Of a stretch of DNA of 64,000 nt, positions 12,050 through 25,339 are shown piece by piece. This stretch comes from Octopus sinensis (Eukaryota). The notes under the pieces were generated by a model. That model was given only the letters and a program-made list of their open reading frames with translations. It ran no database searches and had not been told where the DNA came from. Numbering within the stretch: the stretch's first letter is position 1; each line of letters begins with the position of its first letter. The stretch covers positions 40,982,001 through 41,046,000 of the forward strand of contig NC_043013.1 in assembly GCF_006345805.1 (NCBI RefSeq), written 5' to 3'. The translations under genes and the position numbers were made by a program.

Positions 12050-12740
12050 TAGGAATGGTTGTGTGGTAAGAGGCTTGCTCCCCAATCATGTGGTCATGGG
12101 TTCACAACCATTGTCCAGCACCTTGGTTAAGTATTTTCTATATAATAGTCCTGGGCCAACCAAAGCCATATGAGTGGATTTGGTAGAGAGAACCTGGAAG
12201 AAGACTATCCTATATACTTGGGCAAGTGGTTCTACTTATAGCCTCAGGCTTACCAAAGCCTTGTGAGTGGATTTGGTAGACGGAAACTGGAAGAAGCACA
12301 TTGTGTGTGTGTGTGTGTGTGTGTGTTTTTGTATCTGTATCCTTCACCACTTGACAACTGGTGTTGGTGTGTTTACATCCCCATAACTTCTTTTGGTCTC
12401 TTTTGATGAACCACTAAGTACTAGGCTTAGAAAGTCCTGGGAGAGGGGAGATTTGTTTGGACAAAGCCCTTCAAAGCAGTGCTCCAGCATGACCATAATA
12501 AAATGTTTAAAATAATAGAATAAGTGTGTGTGTGTGTGTGTGTGTGTGTCAGTATTTGTCCCCACCATCTTTTGACAACTGATGTTGGTTTATGTCATTG
12601 TAACTAAGAAGTTTGAGAAAAGAAATCAACAGAAATTCCAGGTTTCAAAAAATAAGCACTGAGGTTGATCTGTTTGACTAAATCCTTAATGCTACTGCCC
12701 TAGCATGGCTGCAATCCAGTGACTAAATCAAGTAAAAGAT
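12050..12740 (+). mobile_element. Family-C SINE copies and fragments with (TG)n
   Basis: Head, duplicated CCAAAGCC...GAGTGGATTTGGTAGA block and two 3' halves. Confidence 0.7.
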
Positions 12741-12789
12741 GTATGTATCTCCTTGTCTTGACATCACTGGAGGGTAATAATTATGAAGG

Positions 12790-13225
12790 TTAAGGCGGTG
12801 AGCTGGCAGAAACATTAGCACGCCGGGTGAAATGCTTAACAGTATTTCGTCTGTCACCACGTTCTGAGTTCAAATTCTGCTGAGGTCGACTTAACCTTTC
12901 ATCCTTTCAGGGTCTATTAAATAAGTACCAGTTACACACTGGGGTCGATGTAATCGACTTAATCCCTTTGTCTGTCCTTGTTTGTCCCCTCTATGGTTAG
13001 TCCCTTGTGGGCAATAAAGAAATAAATGTTAGCACACCAGGTGAAATGCTTAGCAGTGTTTCGTCTGTCTTTATGTTCTGAGTTCAAATTCTGCCGAGGT
13101 CAACTTTGCCTTTCATCCTTGTGAGGTCAATAAATTAAGTACCAGTTGCATACTAGAGTCGATCTAATCGACTGGCCCCCACTCCCCCAAAATTTCGGGC
13201 CTTGTGCCTCGAGTAGAAAAGAATA
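12790..13225 (+). mobile_element. Two tandem family-B SINE copies
   Basis: GGCGGTGAGCTGGCAGAA head, GTTCTGAGTTCAAATT box B in both copies. Confidence 0.8.
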
Positions 13226-13424
13226 ATTACAAATGTCACCATCTTACAATCAGAGTCTGTAATTTGCATTCTTCTGGGAAAATATATGTGGCCATGAGGT
13301 AATATTTCCTTGCTTGCAAACAGGTAAGTATTGGCAAGTGAAAGGGCATCTGACCATAGAAAATCTGCATCAACGAATTCTATCTGATTGATGCAAGCAT
13401 GGAAAAGTGGATGTTAAAATGATA

Positions 13425-13920
13425 CAATTCATCATCATCATCGTTTAACGTCCGCTTTCCATGCTAGCATGGGTTGGACGGTTCAACTGGGGTCTGGGAA
13501 GCCCGAAGGCTGCACCAGGCCAGTCAGATCTGGCAGTGTTTCTACAGCTGGATGCCCTTCCTAACGCCAACCACTCCATGAGTGTAGTGGGTGCTTTTTA
13601 TGTGCCACCGATACAGGTGCCAGATGAGGCTGGCAAACGGCCACGCTCGGATGGTGTTTTTTTATGTGCCACCGACACAGGTTCCAGACGAGGCTGATGA
13701 ATGTCCACGCTCGGATGGTGTTTTTTATGTGCCACCGACACAGATGCCAGACGAGGCTGGCGAACGGCCATGCTCGGATGGTGTTTTTTTATGTGCCACC
13801 GACACAGGTGCCAGACGAGGCTGGCGAACGGCCACGCTCGGATGGTTTTTGTTACGTGCCACCGGCACGGAGGCCAGGCGAGGCTGGCATGGCCACGATA
13901 GGATGGTGTTTGTTATGTGC
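13425..13920 (-). mobile_element. RTE-type 3'-tail retroposon with internal 61-64 bp VNTR
   Basis: (CAT)n tail on + at 13429-13443; CCATGCTAGCATGGGTTGG...GGATGCCCTTCCTAAC shared with copies at 2.3, 14.3, 33.6, 34.8, 50.4 and 55.2 kb; five TGTGCCACCGA units at 13601-13920. Confidence 0.7.
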
Positions 13921-14719
13921 CCACAGCACAATTATATAAGTAAATATACAATGTATACATACATAGTTAAAATCATAATGTACAGCCCTACTTTACTCAG
14001 TTAAACAATCTTTCAATGGTTTAATGAGCTAGACATGTGGGCAATAAAGAAATAAATTCCCTATTAATGGATTAGATAAATGTTAGTAAACCTATTCAAA
14101 CAAAGGAAATTTTTTTACTTGAGTCAGTTATTGGACAGTAACCATGCTGGGGCACCACCTTCAAGGGTTTAGTTAAACAAATAAACCCCAGCATTTATTT
14201 TAAAGTCTGGTAGTTATTCTATCAGTCGCTGTTGCCAGACCATTAAGTTATCATTTAATGTCTGTTATCCATACTGACATGGGTTGGACAGTGTGACCAG
14301 AGCTGGCAAACTGGTGGGGGATGGGTGGCTGTACCAGACTCCAGTCTGATTTGACATGGTTTCTATGGCTGGATGCCCTTCATGATGTCAACCACTTTAC
14401 AGAGTGCTGGGAGCTTTTATGTGGCACAGCAGAGGTACATGATGCTACATGTGCACTTTTACACGTTACCACAGTTACGTAAACATAAAAAAAACCAACA
14501 CCAGTTGTCAAGTGGTGTCAAATACGCACATTCACATATATACACAATGGGATTCTATGCAGTTTCCATCTACCAAATTCACACACAAGGCATTGGTCCA
14601 CCCGAGGCTATATATAAGAAGGTACTTGCTCATGGTTCCACACAGTGAAACTGAACCTGGAACCATATGGTTGTAAAGCAAGCTTCTTAACAACATAGCC
14701 ATATCTGTGCCCATATTCT

Positions 14720-15105
14720 CTTTTATTCTCTTTTACCTGTTTCAGTCACTTGCTGGAGCATCGCCTTTAGTTGAGCAAATTGACCCCAGGACTTATTCTT
14801 TGGAAGTCAAGTATTTATTCTATTGGTCTCTTTTGCCGAACCACTAAGTTACGGGGACGTAAACACACCAGCATCGGTTGTCAAGCGATGTTGGTGGGAC
14901 AAGCACAGACACACAAACATACACACACACATATATATATACACACACACATATACGATGGGCTTCTTTCAGTTTCTGTCTACCAAATCCACTCACAAGG
15001 CTTTGGTCGATCCGAGGCTATAGTAGAAGACACTTGCTCAAGCTGCCACAGAGTGGGAATGAACCCGGAACCATGTGGTTGGTAAGCAAGTTACTTACCA
15101 CATGC
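14720..15105 (-). mobile_element. Family-C SINE, near full length
   Basis: Reverse complement of the split 10657-11790 element, with central (CA/TA)n. Confidence 0.8.
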
Positions 15106-18100
15106 TTTTGCTATCTGCCATAGTGAAAATAATTACAGAATGCTGTAGCTATTGGATACTATATCTAAGACAGGATGGTCACAGTTGGAATGCCTTTGAT
15201 GATAGATCTGCTCAGACATTATCAAAAACATTACAAGTAACAATAAATAATATACCTGAAAAGTATCACCCAATGTAAACAAAAACAAATAAATACCTGT
15301 AATTTACACTATACAGGTAACTAAAACACAGGTGTAATTGCAATTAAGCAATAAAGAACAAGTGAGAAAAGGTCACAACTAAAACAAAAGATGAGTAAAT
15401 GTGTAATTAAGAGCCAATGTAAACAAGATATATAATTAGAACAGAATTTAAATTTTGTTTGTTGTATGTGGCCTTTCTTTTCTTTATTGAAGTTGAAAAC
15501 TGCAGTCTTATTAGAAATATATTCCTAGATACACAATAGCTGAAAATAAAATTTAGAAAAAGAATGGATAGTCATAGCTGGAATGCTTTTTCATAAGTAA
15601 TTGCCTGACATACTAACTTATATTGGAATGTGGACGGTTGGAAAATAAAAGGCATAAAATGAAATAAAAAAAAAGAGAAAAACAATAGCTCAATTGTATC
15701 AGCTGCCCGTCTTAGCAAATGATCAAATAACAGAAAATATTAATTTCAAATTTTGGCACAAGGCCAGCAATTTCAGGGGAGGGTATAAGTCGGTTACACC
15801 GACTCTAGTACTGAACTGGTACTTATTTTATTGAGCCTGAAGGGATGAAAGGCTAAGTCAACCCTGGTGGAATTTAAACTCAGAATGAAAAAATTCTGCC
15901 TCTAAGAATACAATAGACAAGAAAACATACAGGGCAACCAAATACTAGCCCTGTTGTGAAGCCTCCAATTGGATATAGATTGGCAAGTTAAAAGAATGGC
16001 CATATTGTCATGTGACATAAGACATGAACTGGCAGAATCATTAGCACACTGGACAAAATGCTTAGCAGAAATTCATTTGTTTTCATGTTCTGAGTTCAAA
16101 CTCTACTGATATCGACCTTGCCTTTCACCCTTTTGAGGTTTATCATCAACTATCCTCCCCGCTCTCCCAAATTTCAGGATATTCTTATATAACAAGATCA
16201 GAAGCAGTTAAGTGATCTCTTTCAACAATCTCCATCTGCCTGTTCCTATAATCTCTCTGAATGTAGTCTGATGGGGGCAGTGGTTTTCATCAATTTCAGT
16301 GATGTGAAACTGATGAGAGGTAAGTCTTTTCAATACCTGAACAGAATGCAAGTAAACTAAACACAGCATCGCAAGCCAAAGAATCACTCAATTTTACAAT
16401 GCAACTATGATTTACAGCAGTGATCAAGTAATATTACTCATTAGTAAAATTTTAAGTTACACTTATTTTCCAAACACTACTTTAATAATGACAAAAGTTA
16501 TTTTACTAATTTATTATCAGAACAGACAAAGAATGTATTTCAACAGAAATATGGAAACAAAAAAAGCTTCAACCAAAATCAGCTCTGATGATGTAACTCT
16601 ACTATCAAAGACATTCTATATTTGACCAACTCATCCTTTTTATACTCTTTGCATATTTAGGATCTGTCCAATGTGCCTGTAATTTTGGCAATAGTGTGAT
16701 TTGAGGGAAGTTAAGCTATTACTTCTAGCATGGCATGCAACCATGCACATGCTCTGTGTCGGCTTGTGTTGACTGGTTCTACATGAACTGTTTGGTGTTA
16801 GAACATGCATAATAGACAAATGGAATTCAAAACACCTATTTTGAAGCACTTATGCACACTCAGGCACAAACACTCATGGACATGCTAACAAAATCAAAAA
16901 ACAACACAGCACTCATGACTTTTGGAAATAATGTTTGCCTAAATGAACTGACAAACCTTTTCAAAGAAGAATGAAAAGCAAAGTACCAGTTAGATACCGG
17001 AATTGGTTTACTGAATTCTTCTCCCCCATAATGTTATCCCTTCTGCTTAAGAAATCAATATCATGGTTTTTAATTTGAGGCAAAGTGAACATTGAGGAAG
17101 ATGTTGGACAAAAGGCTTTTTCATTTTGAGTTCATATATAACAGTGTTTCTTTCTCTACACCTCATCTCACCTAGTTTTCAAGCTGGGAGGAAACAAACA
17201 TGGAAAGTCATTTTTCCTCTACTTTAATGCTTTTGCTATCCACCACCTTATTCTGCTAATATATTGTCTGTAATGCTGCCGTTTTTGTTTTTTGTCATGA
17301 ACAGGATTCCTAGGTTTTGAAGTGGAAAGTTGTCTCCAAGAGAACTAGTATTTAGCTGTGGCTTTGTAACAGAAAAAAAATAATTCTGTCCCTTGGATGG
17401 AAAACTAATCTATGGTAACCAACATTCACAGATAACAAAATACTTATTCTTAAAACAGTCATAGATGTGATGTTGAAAAAAAAACAGTAATCTGCTTAAA
17501 ATTCCTTGCAGTAGACCTGAACTCATGACAAGCTGGTTCAAATATACTTATCTCCTCTCAGCCATTTACCACAATTATATTTAATTTTCTACCTCAAAAA
17601 TTTAAGATGAATTTGTTGCAGCCAGCTTATTTTTTGGAAGATTTTTAATAAAATCCTTGTTTTATGTTCACTTTCTATGTTGGTATGGGTTGAATAGATC
17701 AGTTTAATTCAGTTTTTATTCATCTTCCTAGACAGGTTCCAGAACTGTCTTATCTTACTTGCTTCGGCCATTAGTGGCCATGCTGGAGCAATGCCTTAAA
17801 TTTTTCGTCAAATGAACTGACCCGAGTATTTATATATTTTTGAAGCCTGGTACTTATTCTATCTTGTTGCAAGTTTTACAAAGAGATCCCTTAAATTAAT
17901 TTACTTGAAGTTCCTTCAGAACTGCTTCCAAATATTTATATAACCCAAGGTCAGCCTTGAGTGAATAGGCCTTTCATCAAAAGGTGTTCAAGGTGTGATC
18001 ATCTCATCTTTAAAATTCAGCAGGTATCCTGTTTTTGATATAGTGAAAGATTTGATGGGTTTATTTGCTATTTCTAGCATGTTAAGTGATCATGTAAAGA

Positions 18101-18135
18101 TCCCAGTACAGAAAATAGGTGAGCAATAATGAAAT

Positions 18136-18508
18136 GTAATGTCTATAAGCCAATATAATGTGGCAGTCTTTAAAGGACAATGTTACTGTTGTTTTAGCCC
18201 CTGGAAAACAGCTTTTCCAATAGGCTAGTGACACAGTTTGCACCTGTATAGCATTTACAAGGGAGGTCATCGCTCCCATCTCTAACCTTATGTAGCTTAT
18301 GAATGTCTCTCACTGAGGACGGATAACATCCAGAAACCTAGGTTCGAGTATCACATAAGGCTAGAGATAGAAACGATGACCTCTCTTGTAAATGCTATAC
18401 AGACACAAACTGTGCACCGATAGCCAGCTGGAAAAGGTTTTCCTGGGGCTAAAACAGTAACATTATCTTGTATAGGACTACTACATTCTGTTGGCATATA
18501 AACATTAC
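18136..18508. repeat. Diverged inverted repeat (arms of about 157 bp, 59-nt loop)
   Basis: TTTTAGCCCCTGGAAAA...GCATTTACAAGGGAGGTCATCG...CCTTATGT pairs with ACATAAGG...CGATGACCTCTCTTGTAAATGC...TTTTCCTGGGGCTAAAA. Confidence 0.9.
18309..18348 (+). ncRNA. Minimal type-I hammerhead fold in the hairpin loop
   Basis: CTCA-CTGAGGA-C-GGAT-AAC-ATCC-A-GAAAC-CTAG-GTT-CGAG; perfect palindromic stem III ACCTAGGT; both mispairs are explainable as CpG>CpA changes. Confidence 0.6.
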
Positions 18509-21405
18509 TATCCAGTACTGTCACTGTACATCTCAGATTTAAAACAAGTTTTTCTCTATAATATTGAAATGATTGGGATGTAAATGTGTTTCTCAATCTC
18601 TAAAGAAACAATTTAGAACTTTGGAAAAGCACTATTCCTACATGAGAAAGAAACCTTTGCTTTTTTGTTGGAATGTCACAACACATCCACCACAAACATG
18701 ACATGATAATTTTGTATGACCAAAGTGAGCAACTTCTCTACGTGAACAGATATTTTATTGACTCAAAATATATTACAATAAACAGGTTTTTGATTAAAAA
18801 TGCTGTCTATCTGATTAAGGAAGATAAATACCAAAATTGGGAAAAATGTTTATAACACACAAATACTGAAGTAGTTGATTAAAGGAATAATTAGACCAAC
18901 GTAGTTACTGAAATATTTTTACTGCTTTATCAATTCTGTTGTCGATAAACTTCAATGTCACCTTTCTTCATTACTCACTGTTAATGAAATATCTAAAAAT
19001 TACTCATGGAGGAATGTCACTGTGAACTGGTTAACGTGGGAATTCCTTCCCCACCCCACAACTATATTAGATTGTAGATTTAACAGCTGAAGGCCTCAAT
19101 TACAGAAGAAATCAAATATTTTCCATGTACATGTATTTGTTTATGGTGTATTATTTGTCATTGGGCTGTGGCTATGCTGGAGGCAATTCCCCGACAGGTT
19201 TAGGCAAATAACTACCTCAGTACCTACTTATACTATTGTTCTCTTTTGCTGAACCACTAAGTTATGGGGACAAACAAACCAATGCCAGTTCTCAACACAA
19301 AAACATGCATACATATGCACTTCCAAACAGTTTCCATCTATCACATTCATTTACACAAAGCATTCATTGACTCATGGCTGTAATAGAGACTTACCCATGG
19401 GGCATGGTAGAACTGATTCCAAAACCACGGGGTTACAAAGGAAACAGCTACACAACCATACTAGGCTAAGGAGTTTCATGTTTCGCAGGGTTTTAGCAGA
19501 TTGAGTAGTAAAAACCACAACTCTCAAGGTTTTGCAACAGGAAGAGGTGAGGTGTATCTGGATATTACATTTTTCTCAGTCCAGAGGTTTGGCTCAAATG
19601 GTTTCTAAGAGAATGGACACTGCTATAGGAAATCAAGGGTAGACATGAGCAAGAATGCCAAAGTGCTCTCGACAAGGAATGCATGAATTGATTAGTGAGG
19701 GCCTGGGAAAGGAGAACGTGCTAAGTGGAGGTGGAACAAATGACTTTAAACATGAAAATCAAACTTGAATTCTATTGAAACATGAGCAAAATACATTCAT
19801 AGCTGCTTTAATGTTAGGGTTTTATGAAATTGTTACTAGAACTGTCTTATCTCACTTGCTTCAGCCATTAGTGGCCATGCTGGAGCAGTGCCTTGAACTT
19901 TTAGTCAAATGAACTGACCCGAGTATTTATATTTTTAAAGCCTGGTACTTATTCTATCTGGTTGCAAGTTTTACAAAGAGATCCCTTAAATTAATTTACT
20001 TGAAGTTCCTTCAGAACTGCTTCCAAAGATTTATATAACCCAAGGTCTGCCTTGAGTGAATAGGCCTTTCATCAAAATGTGTTCAAGCTGTGATCATCTC
20101 ATCTTTAAGATGCAGCATTGTACAGCCAGTTCATTCGAAATTAATGAACAGATCTCAAAAACTATTGACTTGATGCCTTTAAATCACTAAAGTTAAAATT
20201 TAGGTCAATATTTATATATTTGTATTTTTATTTTCCATTAAATTAGTCTAACAGACATGGGTGTTTTTTTTCTTAGAAATTTTTATTGAAGTAGCAAAGT
20301 GTGACCGAGTAAGCATATCTAGTTTAATTCATAAAATGATAAGTCTTATTTCAAATTAATGTTTTGTGTAATTAGTCTTTTCAAGCTACTCAAGTCACAG
20401 TTCAGTCAATATAAGCATTTTCCTTTTTAGCATTTGTTTTGTGTTTAATAAAGCCATCTCACATCAAGTTAACTATGTATGAAATAAAAACAAATGGAAG
20501 TAAATTTAAAAGAAAAAAGAAGACAAGCATGACTGTGTGTTAAGTTTACTTCCAACCATGATTCTGGGTTCAGTCCCACTGCATGGCACCTTGAGCAAGT
20601 GCCTTTCACTATAGCCTCAGGGCAACCAACACCTTGAGTGGACTTGGTAGACAGACTGAGGGAAGCCCATTGTGGGTTAAATCCAGCTGAATGACACTTC
20701 AGAGTTTTCTATTGACCAATATCTTCTGGATGAAATCATGCAGAAGCCCATCTTGCATGTGTTCCGTCATTTGTTCATATGTGCATTTAGAAGGACCGTG
20801 TTTTTTTAGTATTAAAGAGTAACTCGACCTAGATTTAGAAAACCTAAAAGTACTAGTGTATAATTTTTATGCCTTAAGATATGCTCCAAATACCAGCTTA
20901 GTATCTCTAATGAAATTCAGTTACAAATTATTTTAACAGAAGAGTTAATTTGGTTATTGTTAAGTGTGATGTTGACTAATACAAACCACAAAAGGTAGGA
21001 AAATACAAATTTTAATTGAAGTTTAATTAGGAAGATGTTCAATTAAAAATGCAGACTGTACATGACGCACATGATGATGTATAGTGATAATTCTGATCTG
21101 TAAAGTGACTATCACCCCAGTCTTTCAGTGCTTGGTTTACCCTATCACCCAAGTACCTTTAGTGAAATACACTGTTGTAAACCATCATTAGGAAGGCTTC
21201 TAATGCCTGTAACCAGAAGAGAGAGAGAGAGCAATGCTCAACTTGGGATTCAAAACATTGATTTTGCACAAGGGCTCTGTTCACTAACCCGATTCTTTTT
21301 TTCTCTGTCCATGCTTTCTTTTTCATGAACAACCTCTTCTCTTCAAATTCAATAAACTAACAGTAATATGAATGAAGATCTACAACCATGCAATGATCTG
21401 CTTAA

Positions 21406-21623
21406 CCCTTTCATTACCAACCCGGCTGAAACCGGCTCTGGCTCTGTAGTACAAATATCTTCTTTTCATAAGTTTTGAATTAAAATCTTCCACCAAACCT
21501 TAGACACAATTACTGTTCCTAACAGTAGCTTAATGATTAAGTTACTTTACAAAATTCTTTGTTATATTTAAAGTAATTGAGAGAAACACAAAACATCTTA
21601 AAATAAATACAGTAACAAAAGGT
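21406..21623. mobile_element. piggyBac-type MITE (second family)
   Basis: TTAA|CCCTTTCATTAC ... GTAACAAAAGGT|TTAA. Confidence 0.65.
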
Positions 21624-22039
21624 TTAAAGTTCATAATATTTGAGAGGAAAAATAAAAATTTAAAGAGATTTTCTTTTTCGTTGCATATTACCATTTGTTT
21701 TATACATAACAAAATATACTTTAATTATGGAAATAGCTAGATTCAGGAATAAAAAATGGACAGGTGCCATATCTCTAGAAAATATTAACAATTGAGACTT
21801 GAATCAAAACAAATCACCACTATTTATATCCAATTACAACTTTATGCATGTCATTTGGAATTGTGTGTGCATGCATTGTATTCTTTTTAGTGTTTGGTTT
21901 TACTAAGAACAAAGTTGGATGAATGTCAGTTTAACACTTGGAGAGTTGAAATCAGCATGGAGTGCCATGACGCTTCACATGTTAGTCCATCAGAAAGATC
22001 AGGCAGAGACAAAAAAAATATTGAATAAAAATCTAAGTG

Positions 22040-22840
22040 GGGACAAGATACAGGATAAAAGGTTAGAATCCAATATGGAATATTGTACTATGGGATGGAG
22101 ATAAGGAGGGAAGGTGTAGAAGCCCATGTCAGTTTTTCTCTCTGGAATAGGGCATAAGGAAGAATAGTGTGGACATCTGTTAGTGTGGTGTATGTATGTG
22201 TATGGAAGTATGCGACATCTATACACAGCCAGTCAGTGGCCAGTTTGCACGTCCCTGTGGTTCTTATATTGAACAAAGGAAAACATTCATAATGTGGAAA
22301 ATGTAGTGGTTGGGTTTGGTGAAGGTGGTGTTGAAAAGAAACAAGCAGGTGTGGAAATGAAAGAGCAAGAAGGGACCCAGGAGAGGGAGCATTGTGAATG
22401 AGGTAACTGCATAAGATAGACAAGCTGGAAAGAGTGGGAGATGGAAGAAGGGATGAAACAGTGTCAGAATGAAGATGGGATTTTATAGCGGAGCAATAGC
22501 AGAATGACGAAGGGAAAGATACAAGGGAAGATGTGTGGGGAGCAGATAGGTGTAAGAGGTGCAGTGAAATCAGTGACACTGGAAATGGCAGCTTTTGACC
22601 TCTGTGCAAGTACAAAAGTTACTGATAAGCATTAGTGGTGTAAATTGCAGACTCCCTACTAAGGAAGTGTGTGTGTGTGTGTGTGGGGGGGTCAGCTTTG
22701 GAGAGAGGTAAGTTGGAAAAGTGGAAGGATGGGGAACAAGTAGGTTTTGAGAAGGCGATATACAAGAAGGAACAGAAGACAGAAGCTTAAGGATGCCAGA
22801 ACGAATAAAATTTTCAAGTTTTAAAGAGATCTGCATAAAA
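22040..22840 (-). mobile_element. Decayed Penelope-like (Neptune-type) RT N-terminal fragment
   Basis: Minus strand is pyrimidine-rich; ENFIRSGIL...NLLVPHPSTFPTYLSPKL resembles the PLE LI..G.L..NL.VP.P.T..FYLLPKIHK motif; downstream motifs are heavily eroded. Confidence 0.45.
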
Positions 22841-23161
22841 TTTTATGTGTGTGCTCAACTTCTGTGCAATGCAATATGAAAATTTATTATCCATTCTCAG
22901 CTCTAAACTTCTGAACAATTCATTGAAAATATTTACACCTTAATGACCATTGAATGAATTCTGGTTTAATTTGTTAACAGCCCATAATCTAATGTGCAAG
23001 CATCAATTGTTTTAAGCAAGACGAAAAAAGAAATAGGTGACAGCAAAATAGCAACCTAAAAATCCTTGCTCTATTCTATGAAATTAGAACTTATTAAATT
23101 AGTTCAAGGAATGGACTTAATCAGGGATACAACAAAAATATTAGATTTTTGCTATCATTTA

Positions 23162-23482
23162 GAAAACTTAGAAACAAAATATGTTCTGCTGAAGACAAAT
23201 GTAAAGATTGCATCCAATTTAATGGAAGTCTGAGAAAAATCTGAGATTAATGTGCAGCCACCAGTAGTAGAAGAAGCAATAAAGCTGATGCCTTCAGATA
23301 TTTTTAAGAAAGCTGATGCATCCAATGATGCCCTGAAGAGACTAAACCAAGTGTCAAACCTCTTTGCCAGATGAAGCGGAGACACTGCTTGCAAAGAATA
23401 CTACGAACTGTTCAGTATTCCAGAAAATGAAACTGAGCCAATTCCAGTACCCAATGTTAACATTTTATTATCCAACATTTAA
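23162..23482 (+). pseudogene. Unidentified coding-like remnant (about 107 codons, two TGA stops)
   Basis: ENLETKYVLLKTNVKIASNLMEV*EKSEINVQPPVVEEAIKLMPSDIFKKADASNDALKRLNQVSNLFAR*SGDTACKEYYELFSIPENETEPIPVPNVNILLSNI*; no family recognised. Confidence 0.3.
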
Positions 23483-25339
23483 ATGTAATGAACAGTAGTG
23501 AAGGTACAATATGGTCAAATAGTTGAGAAGTTTGCTTCACAACTACAGGGTCCTGAGTTCAATATCTCTGCAAGTCTACCATTTTATACTAGCTTAAAAG
23601 CTGCATTCCATGCAGACTTTTAGGCTAGCTCCTGTAGAGGAGCTAATAGGGCCTGCGACCCAAAACTAAAATGTATGGTATTACTTTAACTTCAGTTTAA
23701 ATGAAAAACTTGTAATACCATATTTAAAATTCACACATTTTTGGAGTTTTTTAAATTTCAATTTTCAACTGTTAGAATATAAATCCTCGTCTTCATCCCA
23801 ATGCTGGATGTTCAAGAACCAAATGAAGAGCAGAATTTCAATTCTGGGGTCATCCCGATTCCAAAAACATGTCTACGTATAGCAAATTTAGGCTGTGACA
23901 CAGGGGCCCCAGACGGACTGACATAATTTCACATATTATTATAGATGCACATGCACTTTATTTAAACTTTATGGCGCAATCAAAGCAGAATCATTGTATA
24001 CTTTACACTTCAGAAATGAAGTGAGGACAAAGCTGGTGCATCATAATTGACCGTCCCATATATTTGTGCAACATGGGCATTGCAGTCAATTTGTCAGAAC
24101 TGTTACCCTTGTACTATCTTTTGAAGTAGATTCAAATGTTTAATTTTTAGGCATTTTCAGTACACAAGTAGGCAAATATTGATAATCTGAGTAAGCTATC
24201 TTGTTTGAGTGTATGCAAATACATGTGCTGAGATTATTTATAATGAAGATAATTGTTCAAATCTTTAGTGAATTTTTAAAATATTTCTTTTATCAGTGCT
24301 TTACATTAAGTTTGGAATAAGGTAAACTAAGCCCAGTAATACTTCTAAGCCTTCTCAGTTACACCTATAGAAAGTGGTGGTAGTAGCAGTATGAGAGAGA
24401 GAGAGAGAGAAAAAGTGCATGCGTGCGTGCATGCATACATACATACATGCACACTAACTTCCAGTGTAGGTTCAAATGCAGATATTTGTGGTCTGCAGTG
24501 CCATGGACAGTGAAGTGTATAAAATAGGTTTGGTACATTATTTTAGTACATAAATAAAAAAGCAAAGACTAAAAGGTGTTATAGTTTAGTAACAAAGATG
24601 ACACTTAAAAAGACTGAAGTATTCAAGCAAGTTAAATTTTCACAAAAATTGCTTTATTTGCATAAGGACCAATACAGCTTTTATATACATATATAAATAC
24701 ATATATACACACATGCACAAGTTCATTTAAAATGTAATCACGAATGACAGGACATTTGATATTTATATACTGAGGAGTTCAAAAAGGTGAATTGTGTTAG
24801 TAACCAGATTACAGCTGTATAACAAATCGATATCTCAAAGAATATATATAAAAAAAAACAAAAACAAAAGGTGAATTTAACAGTTTTTGTCGAGATGGTT
24901 CTTCCATGATGGCATTTCTTCACTTTCATCATGGTTACTGAATCAAGTGAAGAAATCAAAGCTTAAAAATCTTGATATCTTTAACAAAATATGTTTCCTT
25001 TTTAATTTGCACAAAAAAAAAAAAAAAAAAAAAAAATAGCAGTAGGAATTTTACAAGGGAGAAATACAATTTTTCTGTAGACTTCATCTATTACCCAGTT
25101 TAACATGGCTACTTGTTACCTTCAAGAGCTCTTAGCAGAATCCAATCTGTTGCTAATCCCATCATGGCTTGTCCTAAGCCAGGTTGTGAAAGGGAGGAAG
25201 GCTGAGCATAGGACTAGTACTCCAACCCTGTAATAAAACCTGCTCCCCACAGAAGCCACTATGAACTTGCCAAGTCTTGAAGAAAACTGACACAGGAGCA
25301 AGGGACCATTTCAACATGGATCGTTGATTAAATAAGGGA

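Larger units (their letters stand above)
17741..20117. repeat. Direct repeat pair of about 280 bp (17741-18022 and 19838-20117)
   Basis: Both begin AGAACTGTCTTATC and end ATCTCATCTTTAA..CAGCA; offset 2097 bp; scattered substitutions. Confidence 0.9.

Noticed and set aside
842-13225. tRNA genes
   Set aside because: Box A/B motifs belong to SINE heads; I found no complete cloverleaf with a terminator.
17741-20117. Direct repeats as LTRs of a retrozyme or LTR element
   Set aside because: No TG..CA ends, PBS/PPT or TSD; the repeats start with a SINE tail and do not contain the ribozyme.
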